A stretch of 63,768 bases of DNA, filler included, from Lenisia limosa (GCA_001655205.1; 20 parts of 20 records of this genome joined end to end with filler, not necessarily neighbours in it); one strand, 5' to 3'. Positions 26,757 through 40,907 are shown, counted from the whole stretch's first letter. Numbers and translations: made by a program. The notes: generated by a model from the letters alone, not told the origin.

Positions 26757-27451
26757 CTACTGCGGGCATTCCTTGGGCGCATCAAAAAGGGCCTGGTCGG
26801 GGGTTCCGATAGTGATGTTCTTGTACTCGTGTAGGACCCGGGCTCCAACATACTTCACTTGGGCCTGAGGGGGGGGGGGNNNNNNNNNNNNNNNNNNNNN
26901 NNNNNNNNNNNNNNNNNNNNNNNNNNNNNNNNNNNNNNNNNNNNNNNNNNNNNNNNNNNNNNNNNNNNNNNNNNNNNNNNNNNNNNNNNNNNNNNNNNNN
27001 NNNNNNNNNNNNNNNNNNNNNNNNNNNNNNNNNNNNNNNNNNNNNNNNNNNNNNNNNNNNNNNNNNNNNNNNNNNNAGGAGTACAGCGGTTCATAGTACG
27101 TCCACTTATCACATTCGTAGCCGTCAACAACTTCGATGTGTTGGTACATTGCTAGTAGAATGAACTGGTGGAATACAACGTCATTGTGATTGTGAAGTCC
27201 CTAACGAAGTCTTCATTTCAACAAAAAAAAAAAAATGATGGGGCCCCTGAAGATAGGTAAATTATTAGCATTCATCGAAAATTCATAAAAAATTGGTCTT
27301 TGTTAGAATCCGAAACTGACCCAGCAAAAAATACAATTCAAAAGTCAACACGTTCAATTTTTCTAAGTGAAGCACATAATATGAGTAGCACACCGTTTTC
27401 GGGTACACCATCTGTCCGGATGGGGCATGGAGGGGGACGACGATAGCACTT
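26757..27451 (-). CDS. Ependymin-related (EPDR/LolA-fold)-like small protein, 3' part
   Basis: KCYRRPL..., AMYQHIEVVDGYECDKW and terminal YKNITIGTPDQALFDAPKECPQ* match the EPDR-type VxGxxCxxW and FxxPxxC-end pattern. Confidence 0.55.
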
Positions 27452-29356
27452 CTGAAGCGTTAATAGGTGGATTATGCAAGGCTATTTCTTAGTCGGATTT
27501 TCGTACTCGGCGTCACATTTTTACGTTTTCCGCCAAGTTAATAAATATATATCTACAATATATAATATATAAATAGTGTGTGTGTTGGGGGGGNNNNNNN
27601 NNNNNNNNNNNNNNNNNNNNNNNNNNNNNNNNNNNNNNNNNNNNNNNNNNNNNNNNNNNNNNNNNNNNNNNNNNNNNNNNNNNNNNNNNNNNNNNNNNNN
27701 NNNNNNNNNNNNNNNNNNNNNNNNNNNNNNNNNNNNTTGGCATTAAGTGGATAATGCAACAAAATTATTTTTACTCAGCGTAGCATTTTTTGCTTGTCGC
27801 ATTTTTGGTCGATTTGTCAGAAATCCTACTAAACTAGCCTTGTCATAGCTTTGTTATCAATTAAACTTCTTTTACATCACTAAAGCTGTTCATAATATCT
27901 GTTTTATCTAATAGGTGAATCCCAGCAGCGTGGACTGCCCTCCTCCCTTTATAGCGATCACATGAGGTCAACCTTAGGTTGTTTTCAGGCTTCCTTGAAA
28001 GAAATCTGACAAAGATTGTGTTTTTAAGGCTAATGATTTTGAGCAAAAAATTGTAACTTGAGTTCCTAAACTTTGTCGTTAATTCGAATTATTGTCGTTA
28101 ATTCAATTTTCTGTGACTGTCTCTTTGTCATGGTACGGTCAACTTCACAAAAATTTAACTCGTAAAAAAAGGATAACTATAAGAGAAAAATGCGAGCATA
28201 AACTGAAAAAAAAAAAAAAAATGCGNNNNNNNNNNNNNNNNNNNNNNNNNNNNNNNNNNNNNNNNNNNNNNNNNNNNNNNNNNNNNNNNNNNNNNNGGAA
28301 ATTTTTGAAAGGTTATTGTTTTTCTTTGTTTTCCTTCATAAAGTGTGTATATCTCAGAAATATATTACAGTTTGAAACCGCGAACAAGTCAAAATTCGAC
28401 ATAAATCGCTTCAATAACACCCTTTTTAGTGTGAAATTCGGCAGTTTTGAGCACTAGACTCTCAATAACATCAAAACAAAGCAATTTTGACCAAAAAGAA
28501 GAAAAAGAGAAGATAAAAAAATCGAAAAAAAAAGATATTTTGATCAGAATCGACCCGGCCGGGGTCACCCAGTTTCCTTTACGCGNNNNNNNNNNNNNNN
28601 NNNNNNNNNNNNNNNNNNNNNNNNNNNNNTTAATTAATTAANNNNNNNNNNNNNNNNNNNNNNNNNNNNNNNNNNNNNNNNNNNNAAACCGAGCCTTCAG
28701 GGCATTCCACACATGAAGTTTGACCGGCAACAGAAGAGTACCATCCGTCAGAACAGTCCTAAGAGCGATTAGTAAAAACAGGCCTAAAAGCGACAAGTTA
28801 AAACAGGCATAAGCAAAGATAGAATAAACCCCTCAGAGCGATTGTGAAAAGCTGGTCTGAATAAAAGCGATTACAAAGATGTTTGGAACAGTTCCATTTG
28901 ATAATATTGTAATAAAGTCTCTTGAAACCCCCAATAAAGCAACAAGTTAAAACCGCTGGCTGAATCAGAATAAAGCTCGGAGTGTAAGGATATTCCCACC
29001 AAAATTCATGGATTAGCTCGGTTAAGATAACGAAATGAATCTTGTTTGGAGACTTGAACAAAGATAGTCTGAAACCCCTCAACATCCTCAACATCACCCA
29101 TGCTAGTGATTTGGGAACACAGAGAGTCTAATAAAGCCTCTCTTGGACCCCCCCCCCACAAAAAAAAAAGAACTCATTGTGATTAGTGACCAAAGAGACT
29201 CTGGATTAAGGACTCACTTCGGTTCGAAAATAGACTGAATTTCTCGATAAATCCTGGAAAACTATCGAAATTTTACAGGGTTTTTTTGAACCGAAGTGAA
29301 GCCTTACTCTGATCCCCCAAGGCCAAAACCCTCATGATCATACAGTCCCTCAACTA

Positions 29357-29451
29357 GGGCTTCACTTCGGTTCGAAAAATACCGGGTAAATATCGATAAT
29401 TTTCGAGGATTTAACGAGAAATTCCGTCTTTTTCGAACCAAAGTGAAGCCC
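29357..29451. mobile_element. MITE family A (about 95 bp; TIR GGGCTTCACTTCGGTTCGAAAAA; TA on both flanks)
   Basis: Near-perfect TIRs of about 23 bp. Other full copies at 8968-9057, 29210-29303, 47373-47468 and 48667-48762. Partial copies at about 549, 31590, 34046, 47230, 53016 and 61648. Confidence 0.9.
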
Positions 29452-30431
29452 TACTACTCCCACAAAAATACAATCTTCAAAATAACCGCATAAGACACCA
29501 TCACCCTAACACCCCCTACCAAACAATCCGTCAATAAAGACCGATCAGTGAGAGACGACGCAGTTCCCGGGGGGCAAAGAGAAGCTGAAGCAACACCACC
29601 AGCACAACTGCAAAAAATGAACATTGCGTTATACAGGGGTGGGGTAAATGGGGTAATTTAAGTAACAATAAAAAGCCCAAAACCAACTCTGTTGTCTAAC
29701 AACACACAAAGGTTGATAACAACACAAACAAACAAAGCCCAGNNNNNNNNNNNNNNNNNNNNNNNNNNNNNNNNNNNNNNNNNNNNNNNNNNNNNNNNNN
29801 NNNNNNNNNNNNNNNNNNNNNGAGCATGAATAAATAATTGTGGTGCGGGGGTGTGGGTAGGATTTGCGACGGTAAAACGTTATTTTACGAGACAAAAAAC
29901 AATAAAAAAAAGGTCAAATCAACTATGTTTGTTGTTTCTCTCAACCCTCGCAACAAAGCCCACGCCAGTCACTTCTACAACAATGCACTTAAGTGTACAG
30001 ATGAAGGTGGGAGTAATTATCAAAATGGGCGGATATATAGTATAGGCAGCGGGGGGGGGGGTAAAAGTGGCTATCTATATACACTTGCGGGCAAGCTAAG
30101 ATAGTGACAATGATGTACAGGACCTAACACTTTGGCACTAGCTTTATTTGAGCAAAATATCTTGAAAAATACAAAATGAGTTAAACAATGCAAAGTTCTG
30201 AAATATTAGGGGCTCCTGTTGGCGCTTAATAATCGACAATTTTCGAAAAAAAACAAAAAAAAGCCCCAAATCAACTGGGTGATGGGAAGTAGGGGGAGGG
30301 GCAGTAAAATGAAAATTTTCTGAAACAAATCAAATGCCCAAAATGAACTCTGTTACACGTGAGGAAGGTAGCGGGCAGCATAGAGATAAAGATCATGATA
30401 ATGAAAACGCGGAAAGGTGAGAGGAACCCAC

Positions 30432-30568
30432 TATTTGCCGGCAGGACAGCCCAGACAGTCTCCACTCGGATCAGCAGGATAGTTACCGGCGGCACAAGGG
30501 GCGGAATCGACTGTTCTGAAGACTGATAGCGCCCAAAAGGCCAGCAGAAAGAGGGTGAGCCTCCACAT
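30432..30568 (-). CDS. First exon of a secreted or surface Cys-rich protein
   Basis: MWRLTLFLLAFWALSVFRTVDS (signal-peptide-like), then APCAAGNYPADPSGDCLGCPAGK, then a GTGGG donor. Downstream exons probably lie at 28700-30080. Confidence 0.55.
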
Positions 30569-31341
30569 CAGCCCCTGAAGGAGCCTGGTATCCTAGGCGA
30601 CTCCTATTCGGAAATCGTTAATAATATACAGACAGCAGGGGAAGAAGAGAGGCAAAGGGGTTAAGCGGTGTTAACGAGAAGGGGCCTGACCAGTGACGGC
30701 CAAAATGTGTTCCCTTTCTTGTTTTGATATTATAACAAACACTAATATATAGCTTCTATGCTATCATTAACAAAATATAATCAATTTTTCAAACACAACA
30801 CTCAACACTAAAAAATTCAGAGGGCGAACACGATCTGGTCGATCAGCTTCAAATATTCTATCACCCATGACCCCATGCAACAACACGAACACAACATCCA
30901 TTTCCATTTCTCTTCGTGTGAATAAAACAACAGCATCTTAACATCTTCATCGTAAAAAAAGACCGGCGCGAGGAGTGAGACTGGCCTGAGCATCCATCCC
31001 ACCTGCACCTGCACAACTACAGCTTTAGATTATTACCAGTTTGCAGGGATATGTTGGATAACTGTGTAAGGTGATAAGATAAATAGTATTACAATGTGGA
31101 ATATCTGTGGAAAATACCTACATGGTAATCAATAGACAATATTCTCTTCTCAAGTGTTGGGGTGAATACCTCTTTTTTTATTATTATTCTTATTTTATTA
31201 TGATCCAATATTCCTAAGCGTGATGATGATGTGAACAACTTCGGCCAGGCTTTATCTATTATCGATTTTTGTATACCCTGTGTTTAATTTCTCATCTCAA
31301 TCTGTACATAGTAATTATATTGCATGTTTTTATTTTTGCAG

Positions 31342-32647
31342 GAAAGATCGCCGCTCAGCCTAGCGGCAGAGGCAGGCCACTTTCATGTCGTTGCTTATCT
31401 GATTGATAAGGGTGCTCACATCGGTTACCTTGACGATGATGTGAGTGATCAAATACTTATGTATTGTCATATTTATGTACAATGCTAATTCTTTTGTGCA
31501 CTTTTTCATCTATTCTCTATGTACTGTTTCACCAATTCTTTATTCACTATTATTACTATATGATAATTATTCTTTAAGCTCTTGTTCTTAGAACTTCCCT
31601 TCTGTCCGAAAAGATCGAGGATTTATCGAAAATTAAGTCTTTTTTGGACTATAAGGAAGCTGTCCTTGTTCTTGACCATCCAGAAAAAAAATTCGCTCAA
31701 CCTTGCTGCTGAACATGGCTTCTCGGACATTGTGGATTATCTGATTGAGAAGGTGTCGATGTTGACAATGTTGATGATTATAAGGTTGGTTATTTTTACA
31801 TTAAAGTCTCTCTTGAAACTAGGATCATAATAATCCGGTGGTTTTAAACTTGCACAAAAGTTAAGTTTGAGCCATAAACTGCTACAGTCGCAAACGCATC
31901 GGACCATTCGCGGAAGTCGTCGTCACTTTCACTAAACCTGAACCAATAAGAGTCCAGGCCTTTTGACTCAAAAACGATCAAAAACTTTTTCCATATAGTT
32001 ACTCTCTTTCAGAAAAACTACTGAAAGTTGGAAAATCCTGACTCACTGTATTCCATTCGATTTTCCCCTCGTTTTCCCCCACGTGGTTTTCTGCTGACTC
32101 CTTGTCACAAAATATAAAGCTTTTCTAGAAAAAATAACTGGGGGTTTTCTAAGAGGATAAGCCTAATTGTCAAATCAGCATTACACAAGGAACATTACCA
32201 TAAATGTCAAATCAATGTATTTGAAAGGGTCTCTCAGTATAACAGCCAAGTCTATATTACAACATAAATTTCCTCTTGTAGATAGTACTAATGTTTATAT
32301 AATGTCAACCACATTCCATGTGATTATCGGTCTGTGGATAAATATTGATATTTGCAGGGCACTCCAATTTCTGAAGCCGGTAGAAAAGGCCACTTAGACG
32401 TTGCATTGAACCTCATCCACAGCGGTGCCGAAGTAAGGATAGATTATATCATATTGCCACTACATAGTAAATATATCACATGTAGCTACTAGAACAAATA
32501 TCATACAAAATGATATGCAGTATATCTACCAAGTAATACTGATAAACAAATACTTAAAATTCGGTTTTCTCACTTACTCTTTAGATAAACGATATGGAAT
32601 GTGGGGCGTTCATGTCGTCTGTTATATTGGATTATGACCGGGATTAA
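31342..32647 (+). CDS. Ankyrin-repeat protein (3' part; one apparent 1-nt frameshift near 31752)
   Basis: RSPLSLAAEAGHFHVVAYLIDKGA, NSLNLAAEHGFSDIVDYLIEK and TPISEAGRKGHLDVALNLIHSGAE. GT-AG introns. Confidence 0.8.
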
Positions 32648-34160
32648 GTCTTTGTTAATGGTATGATATGCTGAAATGTATTGATGGTGTTTGTTTTACT
32701 GGCCCAATGGATTCGTATAAAAAAGCGTTAAGATTCTCAGGCTTTTAAATACAAAAATAGGCCTACTGAACCGACCTGAGGTTCACAGCTGAGCAGTGAG
32801 CGGCCGCCGGTGGCATGTATCAAAATAGGCCCAAACTACGAAAAAAGACACCGTGGTAGGGTGCAGGGGAATTAGCCTATATCATATAGGTTTGATATTT
32901 GCTTTCTTTTGGTTGCTAAATTGAATTGAAAATTTTATTTTATGGCACAATAACAGTAAGTTGACAGTTGCGCTAAGAGGAGAAATAAACAAGGTTGTAT
33001 AGCTGAAGCCGTACCATCTCTCTTCTGAGACATGAATAGTATTAATGGACCAATCGTTTGCCTTATCTCCACAGCATACGAACTCCAGAAAACACAAATA
33101 ATAAATATTTATCTAGATAAACAGCTTGAAACAGGAAGACATTAAAAATGCGACCATAGTGAAACAGAGACGCTAATAATACTACAATCTTTATACAAAA
33201 AGAAAAAAAGAGAACAAAGCCAAATTGACAAGGCAATCAGTATACTCAGTTAGATATTGAAACGAAAAACAGCTACATGTCTTGAAAGCAGTCATCAATC
33301 TCTTCAGTCAACTGAAAGGTCATTTTCAACCACAATGTCGTCAATGATCATAGTCAATAGAGACAAAACTGGAAAATGGGCATATGATAATCAGTTGCAA
33401 GTTTAGCCATAATCAACAAAAAAGAAATACCACGAAGCAAACGAAACATGAAAGGTATTCCCAACATCAAAAACAAAAAATTATAAAAAGCTGTGATATC
33501 AATAATAAAAAAAAAGTGTCAATCAGGTATCTTACCTCAGCTGCGGTTTTTTCTTTGACTCTGCACACCCATGCAGAGATACCTTCGGATCTATAATCAA
33601 TGACATTTTGAAAAATAAGTGTCAGCGGATTGATAAATGCAAATAAGTACTGGAATGGTAACAATTAATCACCACCCCGGTCCAACCTACCGGAATACAT
33701 CAAGCCAGATGGTTTGTCTGTCAGAAAGGCGATCTCTATAAATGTGTTAATCAAATCACAGGAAGATCAAAGGGTTTATTAATCAAAGGAAGAGAATAAC
33801 AGTTTCATTAAGGACTTCCCCCTCTATAGTATATGATAATATATATGCTAGGCCGCAGAAATCGGGTAAAATATACCCTATTTAGGTAAATTATTTTTNN
33901 NNNNNNNNNNNNNNNNNNNNNNNNNNNNNNNNNNNNNNNNNNTTAATTAATTAANNNNNNNNNNNNNNNNNNNNNNNNNNNNNNNNNNNNNNNNNNNNTC
34001 AATTTGCTGAGGTGGGTCGTCATGTTATATTATACGTAAGTGCTAGGATTTCACTCCGGTCCCAAAAAAGATCGACAGTTTTCGAGGATTTATCGAGAAA
34101 TTTCGTTTTTTCGGACTCAAGTAAGACTCGAATGACTGGTACGCATTCATTTACTCCCAG

Positions 34161-35757
34161 GTTCCCCTCCCCAACATTTCGTCCATCAACATTTGGAAGA
34201 ACCACATTGCATGTGTGAACACTCGAAAAGTAAGGGACCATTTTTTGGATTGAACTGGATTTGAGAGAACGACAAAATGACAGTTTTGTGAAAATAAACC
34301 AAAAAGTGATATGATAATCTTCGCAGGGATGTTTCATGAACTTGGACACCTCTGAAATCACTACCATTCCCGTGGGAGGAGGCCAGGTAGGGGGGGGGGG
34401 GGCTGNNNNNNNNNNNNNNNNNNNNNNNNNNNNNNNNNNNNNNNNNNNNNNNNNNNNNNNNNNNNNNNNNNNNNNNNNNNNNNNNNNNNNNNNNNNNNNN
34501 NNNNNNNNNNNNNNNNNNNNNNNNNNNNNNNNNNNNNNNNNNNNNNNNNNNNNNNNNNNNNNNNNNNNNNNNNNNNNNNNNNNNNNNNNNNNNNNNNNNN
34601 NNNNNTCACGGGGCATGACAGTCATTGGAAGCCAAACCGTTTATCAATATGGCTGGAATGGTGAGGGGGGTATCAATATTGAGCGGAATGGTGTTTGGGG
34701 GGTAAAGCGTATGTATGTTCTTCAATACCGCTTTAGGCAAGAATATGTTCTCTAATACCACTTTAGGCAAGCATATGTTCTCAATCCAAGCCCCGGGCGT
34801 GTTCGCTGGAGAAGTCAACGAGTCCCAGGTAAGTGGGAGTTTTGAACAAGAAATAAATTCAGATGATATACTAGATTAACAATCTAGGGGGAAACAAACA
34901 AATATATGTATAGGGATACCATAAATACAAATTGCCAAGCCCTCGTGGACACTCAACAGAAAACGACAGAAACAGGCTCCAACTCAGATTAAAACCATTA
35001 TTTATCTTGTATCCAGCAAATCTCCGGAAAATTTTGAAAGGACAAAAGATGTATTTATCGTAAAACATTCATTAAAACAAGAAATTTTGAATGGACAAAA
35101 ATTGAATTTATAAAATAAGAAATTTGAAAGGACAAAAATGTATTTATCGTAAAAACATTCAGTAAAACAAAGATAAAAAAGATACATAGGAGAGCGGCGG
35201 TGGAGTGGACGGGGACATTGGAGGGAGGTTGATCTCCTCGAAATTTTGTGCCCAAAAAAAATATGAGACTATGATTGGAATTGAATTTGTAAGCTGACAT
35301 TCTGTCTGCCCGTTTAGCTCAGTCGGTAGAGCGCCAGTCTAATAAACTGGCGGCCGTCGGTTCGAGCCCGACAGTGGGCATTCTTTTTGTTTTTTTTGGC
35401 GTTCTCTCTTTCTTTCTGTTTTTTTTTTTTATAAATAAACGTTCCTACACTTGCATATCATATAACGCACCAAATAAAGTTCGGCATAATTTTGTTAACA
35501 GACGTTTTCCCACCCTTTCCAATTAGTTAGTTCAATATATACATACGTCTTTTGTAAAACCCCTCTTGTCACCTGGTAGAGTAGTTCTCTAAGCTATTCT
35601 TCGTTTTTTTCCCAGTTATCACCTCTTCTAATTTGCCTTTTTCATTCTCATCTCTCATCCCTCTCAGATCATCTTCCAATTTGAGATGAAGTCCACGGTA
35701 CAGTCGCATTGCTTCAACCCCCTGCTGGTCAATATTATAAAGGACAATTTGAGGAGG
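34161..35757 (+). CDS. Hypothetical multi-exon protein
   Basis: Exons with GT-AG borders: VPLPNISSINIWKNHIA, GCFMNLDTSEITTIPVGGGQ, TGMTVIGSQTVYQYGWN, APGVFAGEVNESQ and IIFQFEMKST. Confidence 0.4.
35308..35380 (+). tRNA. tRNA-Ile (anticodon AAT)
   Basis: 73-nt cloverleaf: acceptor GCCCGTT/AGTGGGC, D stem GCTC/GAGC, anticodon stem CCAGT/ACTGG with loop CTAATAA, T stem GTCGG/CCGAC with TTCGAGC, discriminator A. Confidence 0.95.
35381..35397 (+). terminator. Pol III oligo-T terminator of tRNA-Ile
   Basis: TTCTTTTTGTTTTTTTT directly follows the tRNA. Confidence 0.8.
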
Positions 35758-36215
35758 TGGGGGGGGGTATACATTATATTATATAGCTGGTTCAAATATA
35801 AGGGAAACAAAAATTATATTCTGCATCCAGCGCAGCGTTTTCCAGTACTCATGATTTAAGGCAGTCCCCCCTCTTCGCTTAAAGGTAATCATTTTCTTTC
35901 TCTATTTATTAGTATGGTCTATTGTTTCAGTTTGGTTGTATTATTAATGTACATTAATGGAGATTTCACTTGGTGTATACGCAGAAAGCTGTGTACGCAG
36001 AGAAGTTAAGGCTATATGAAGAGGATGATGAAATGAGTGGTTTTTATTTTTGTCTCGAAAGAGTGCTTGTTATTTTGATTGGTGTTTCCAACTTTACCTA
36101 GGTGATTACATCTGGCGAAGCCATCCCAGTTTACACCGAGTATCAATATACATAACAAAGCAAAACAAGAAAGAAAAGCCTCTCCCCCCGCCCCCCCCAT
36201 AATCCCAAAACACAA

Positions 36216-36785
36216 CTATCTGATAGCCGTCAGCTCCTTGTGGCACTTCTCACAGACCCGGACCGGTTTGCTGTGGCCTTTGGAGAGAATTGGACTGCGT
36301 TTTGAGGAGCAGTCGCCACAGAAGAGCCCTCCGCAGTTTCGACAATGATGCTGGGGGGGGGGGGGGNNNNNNNNNNNNNNNNNNNNNNNNNNNNNNNNNN
36401 NNNNNNNNNNNNNNNNNNNNNNNNNNNNNNNNNNNNNNNNNNNNNNNNNNNNNNNNNNNNNNNNNNNNNNNNNNNNNNNNNNAAAACGAAGGTAATTTCG
36501 ATGAAGAATATTGGCGTAAAGGTATTTAATCACGAACTGAATAAACTGAAGCTCCAAACAAAAAACAAAAACAGCAATAACAAACATTGGGGAGTGGGGA
36601 TTATGGTACAAAAAATTGCAATGTTAAGCCCCCCTACGCGTCTCCTCGTGAACGTGAATGTGGCTCTGCAGCTCATACAACACGTGCTCTCCTCGTCAGG
36701 CACCCAGTCATGCATCACAAGGACAACCATAAAGCCCGAGCCGCAGGAGAGTTTGCGCACGGTCTTACCAACTAGTCCTTGGACC
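36216..36785 (-). CDS. RCC1-repeat + FYVE zinc-finger protein, 3' end
   Basis: Exons 36638-36785 and 36216-36350 give VQGLVGKTVRKLSCGSGFMVVL (RCC1-like), WVPDEE, C..C...F...RRRHHCRNCGGLFCGDCS and VRVCEKC. Confidence 0.88.
36483..36600 (-). repeat. Dispersed repeat family G (...TTATTCAGTTCGTGATTAAATACCTTTACGCCAATATTCTTCATCGAAATTACCTTCGTTTTAC)
   Basis: Related copies at about 60620-60665, 60940-61030 and 62540-62611, and partial copies at about 59800 and 36810-36850. Confidence 0.75.
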
Positions 36786-37451
36786 TGCGGGGGTTATTAT
36801 ATATATGAGAGGAGTAAAACGAAGGAAATCGATAATATTGGCAGGGGGTAAAAATTGAAATTTTTTGAAACAAACACTACTACTACAACACACAAGGATT
36901 GACAACGACAAAGCCCAGGTACCGCATCTCATCACTCCAGCGTTATAGCTATATATATATATAGTATATGATATATAGTATATATAATATGTATGATATT
37001 ATTGGTGTTATGGTTNNNNNNNNNNNNNNNNNNNNNNNNNNNNNNNNNNNNNNNNNNNNTTAATTAATTAANNNNNNNNNNNNNNNNNNNNNNNNNNNNN
37101 NNNNNNNNNNNNNNNTTCAATTTCCATTTTCCTATTGAGTAGCGAGTGTAGTAGGTAGAGTAGTGGAAGAGTGGAGGAGTGGAAGTAGAGAGTAGTGAGA
37201 AAAACGAAGATCCCGGATATTCCAGAATTGGCAAGAACTGAAGTGCATAGATTTCACTTCCCACCTCCTCGGATTTCACGAAGACATTTAGTGATAGGGT
37301 AAGTAAATATGCATGCATTCTAAATATTGTCAAAGTTGACCATGCCGCTTTAACTATTCCTTTGGTAAACTATATATTTACTCAAGTTGTTTCATTAACC
37401 TTAAGTTCGCAGTCACCCTTGTCACATTCAAATTGACAATTTCTAACCAGC

Positions 37452-37939
37452 GTAGAATACAATGCTGCAAGTTTGGTCCTTAATCTGTTGAGCAACTCTC
37501 TCAATGTGGCCAACTGCTGCACCCTATCAGGAGCCAACTTACCATACTATCACACAAGTTGGTTTGGTAGCCAATTGCCAATTAATGTATTAAATTTTCA
37601 TCTCCGTCAAAGATCATTGATTTCAATTTTCCAGTACAATTATATCAGTTTGAACTCACCAATGAGGTGAATGGTGATGTCTTGATTATCAAGTACAACC
37701 CATCTGTGAACCAAGCCACTGTTGTCTCCACTGATGAGCTACGTACTGTGTCTTCTTCCAGAATCAAAAGGGGTTTGATGCCAAAAATGTTTTTGTTTTT
37801 TACTCTCCTCTGTTGTCAGTTGCATTGAAAATTAATTACAGTGGGATCTATTCGTGATCTTGATTTAGCAACGCTTGCTGATGCTGCTGAAGTCCAGACA
37901 ATTGAACTCAAAACACTCTCAGCATCTTACCAAATCAAG
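37452..37939 (+). CDS. Hypothetical multi-exon protein
   Basis: Three exon-like blocks with GT-AG borders: VEYNAASLVLNLL..., QLYQFELTNEVNGDVLIIKYNP... and GSIRDLDLATLADAAEVQTIELK. Confidence 0.4.
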
Positions 37940-38399
37940 GTTTGAAAACTAGGATATAAATACTCCCAGAATTTAAAGCCGGAGTCCACTTAAATTTTGT
38001 AGGCAAATGACTAGGTGAAATAATATTAAACTATAATCCAATATCTCCTATAAACGTGGTGGTTGGACGGCTTCGGTCAGATACATCTTTATTTCTCATT
38101 GCTATACAAAATATATATCGATATACAATTATTGTTTTGGGGTGGACAAATGTATAATTTTGGGTTTAATCGTGTCCATGAGATTATTGGCTGACTTCCT
38201 TTTATTGTGTCACCTTATGACAGCTCTAGAAAAGTCATTTTCCAAAAGACTTGATATATTTTATCATAAAAGTGACTATTTAGAACGCAAATGAAGACGC
38301 CATTAGATCAGAAGATGAACATTTACAGGTAAATGACACCAAAGCATAGTTGAATCATGATCGCTATTTAATCTTAAGCAATGTAACCCTGCCTGTAGC

Positions 38400-38760
38400 T
38401 TCTTCAGTCGATTTATTATGTTGTGACTGCTAATGATACAACAACAGACTACTCTTTACTCATCAACAAGCTTCGCCATCTTCCAAACTATAATGTTGGT
38501 CCATATTAGCTATTATTATCATTTGGTTGAAAACTAATTCTCTCAGCACAATCTTGACGTTGCTGAAATAGTGTTCAGTGCACTTTCCAACGGTAACGCC
38601 TTGTTCGTGTCTCTTGTGATGAACAACGGCTTTCATATGGAGGAAGTTTTGACGGTTTGGGTGTTGGGTTGACATTAATTTTGAAGATTTGGTCATTTTG
38701 TAAGAGCCATTATTGAATGACAAAATAGATAAATTCATGTATTAAATCTTACTAATCTCA
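38400..38760 (-). mobile_element. Possible degraded pogo-like transposase fragment
   Basis: KRH...IIANMDQ resembles the pogo IxNMD(E/Q)T first catalytic motif. The context is stop-riddled. Confidence 0.3.
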
Positions 38761-39127
38761 ATAGATTGATGACACGAAAGAGTTTTGGGAGCTTGTCAAA
38801 AGCAAAAGTGACATATTTAAGGCAGTAGACAAGTCTTTTTTTTGACAAGAGAAGCATTTATATACATTTCACAAAACGAATTGGTCTGTTTGAGTCTTTT
38901 ATTCTAGATGTACTGAATATTTTTTTCAATTGTTCACGCACACTCACTTCCTCCAGTGGGAAGTCTACAAGCAAACCCGCGACGAACAGTTTGGTCTTGA
39001 GTTGGTGAGGTCCATTCCCGCTGTCGATTTGGTGGGTCGCATAAGTGTAATTTAATTATACAAAAATAGCAAAAGTGATCAGTGAATGCACTGAGTTCTG
39101 TTGTGAGATGCTTTCACAATCTTTCAG

Positions 39128-40167
39128 GCACCAAGAGAGTCAATATTGCATGTGGCAGCAGAATACGGCCATATCAACATTGTTAAATACTTTATCGACG
39201 ATCAGTATTCAACTGTAAACGAAAATGACGTTGACGGTGTAGGTTTACTCTTATCAAGATACACCTCTGCATTTTGCTGCTCAGAACGGACAACAAGAGG
39301 CAGCAAAACTTCTTCTGATAAATGGAGCTAATGGAGAAATAACTAATAAGGTAAGATCATTTCAAAATGCTATATTTCTAATTTACTTTAACCAATGAAT
39401 AAATACCAAATTCACGTTTTAGCTGAACATATTTGTTACAATGTTTACNNNNNNNNNNNNNNNNNNNNNNNNNNNNNNNNNNNNNNNNNNNNNNNNNNNN
39501 NNNNNNNNNNNNNNNNNNNNNNNNNNNNNNNNNNNNNNNNNNNNNNNNNNNNNNNNNNNNNNNNNNNNNNNNNNNNNNNNNNNNNNNNNNNNNNNNNNNN
39601 NNNNNNNNNNNNNNNNNNNNNNNNNNNNNNNNNNNNNNNNNNNTTCACATCATAGAACTCAAAATAATTTTATCGTACTATACATTCTACGTGCTGAAAA
39701 CTGTCATTGCATCAATTATTTCAACATTTTCAGGACATACTCTTTATGGTAATGGGACAAAAAGTAGAAACATTTAAAGTTGTACTTGCCCTCAATCCAA
39801 GTCTCGAAGAAAAGAATGTGGGTTAATTTGAAGTGACATCGTTTACCTATTGGGTATTAACTAACTTCAGGATGATGGGTTGACACCCTTGCTGGAAGCA
39901 TGTAAAATTGGTAACTCCCAATGCATCAAACTCCTTATCGAGGCTGGCGCTGATATTTATGCTCTTGACTTGGTAGGACTTGGCTGCGGGAACGAAATAC
40001 AACATTATTATAAGAATTATTGTGTTTGTCAACTTTCATGATTGGGTTTTGGGAGTTTATCCGAACAGGACGACAACTCCGCTCTTCAAATTGCTGTCAC
40101 ACACAGTAAAGTGGATGCAATAGAGTGTCTCATTTCCCATGGAGTGGACAAGTCAGAACTGAATGAG
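39128..40167 (+). CDS. Ankyrin-repeat protein (partial)
   Basis: SILHVAAEYGHINIVKYFI, DTPLHFAAQNGQQEAAKLLLINGA, LTPLLEACKIGNSQCIKLLIEAGAD and NSALQIAVTHSKVDAIECLISHG. It includes a 22-nt GT-AG intron at 39238-39259. Confidence 0.88.
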
Positions 40168-40907
40168 GTATTTTGAATAAACTTTTCAAGGAGAGTCATA
40201 TTAAAATTCAATGAACGGTACATCTGACATAATACCGTCTGTCATCAATCATTACAACAACATCTATAGCAATCATGTTCTAGCTCCAGCTCTTTCACGA
40301 TATGAGTATGGCATTTAACTTTGTAGTGCAACACCTCTCCCCTTGAGTACATTTTGATAAAGAAACCACCTCAAGCATTCAACATGGCTAGAATCCTCCT
40401 TGAACATGGAGCCACATTTGGGGCTGAGATAAAGGTTGGTTGATGGACAAGTAGAGATCCATTCAGCAGTTCCACTGGTTCCACCCTGATTTATGAACAA
40501 TCGCTTATTACCATAGTTGCCAAAATTGTGTATTCATGACTTATACTTATATTTTGCAAGAGTAGTGTTTCAGAAACAAATTCGAAAGGTAACTCTCATG
40601 GAAAATGCTCCCTTGATAACAGTATAGGACCTTCTCTGGTGGTACAAGCCTTCTTTTCTCAAGATGTTTAAAGATAGCCAGCAACAAAATGTAATTGTAT
40701 TTTAAATTACCATTATCCCCAAATGCAAGTTTGAAACCATTATTTGGTTGCAATTCCCAGATTGGTCCCTGGGTTGACCCTGAGATGTTACAGTACTCTT
40801 AGATAGAAATATGGATGGAGATGCAAGCAACGAATCTTCATCGGTAGTTGGACCCCTTCCCTTCAGCACCAGGGTTCTAGTGTACAAAGCATACATAACG
40901 CACCGCC

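Noticed and set aside
31735-31790. Frameshift in the ankyrin gene as programmed recoding
   Set aside because: A single missing G at GAGAAG|GTGTC is more simply a consensus error or pseudogenisation. No slippery site or structure was seen.
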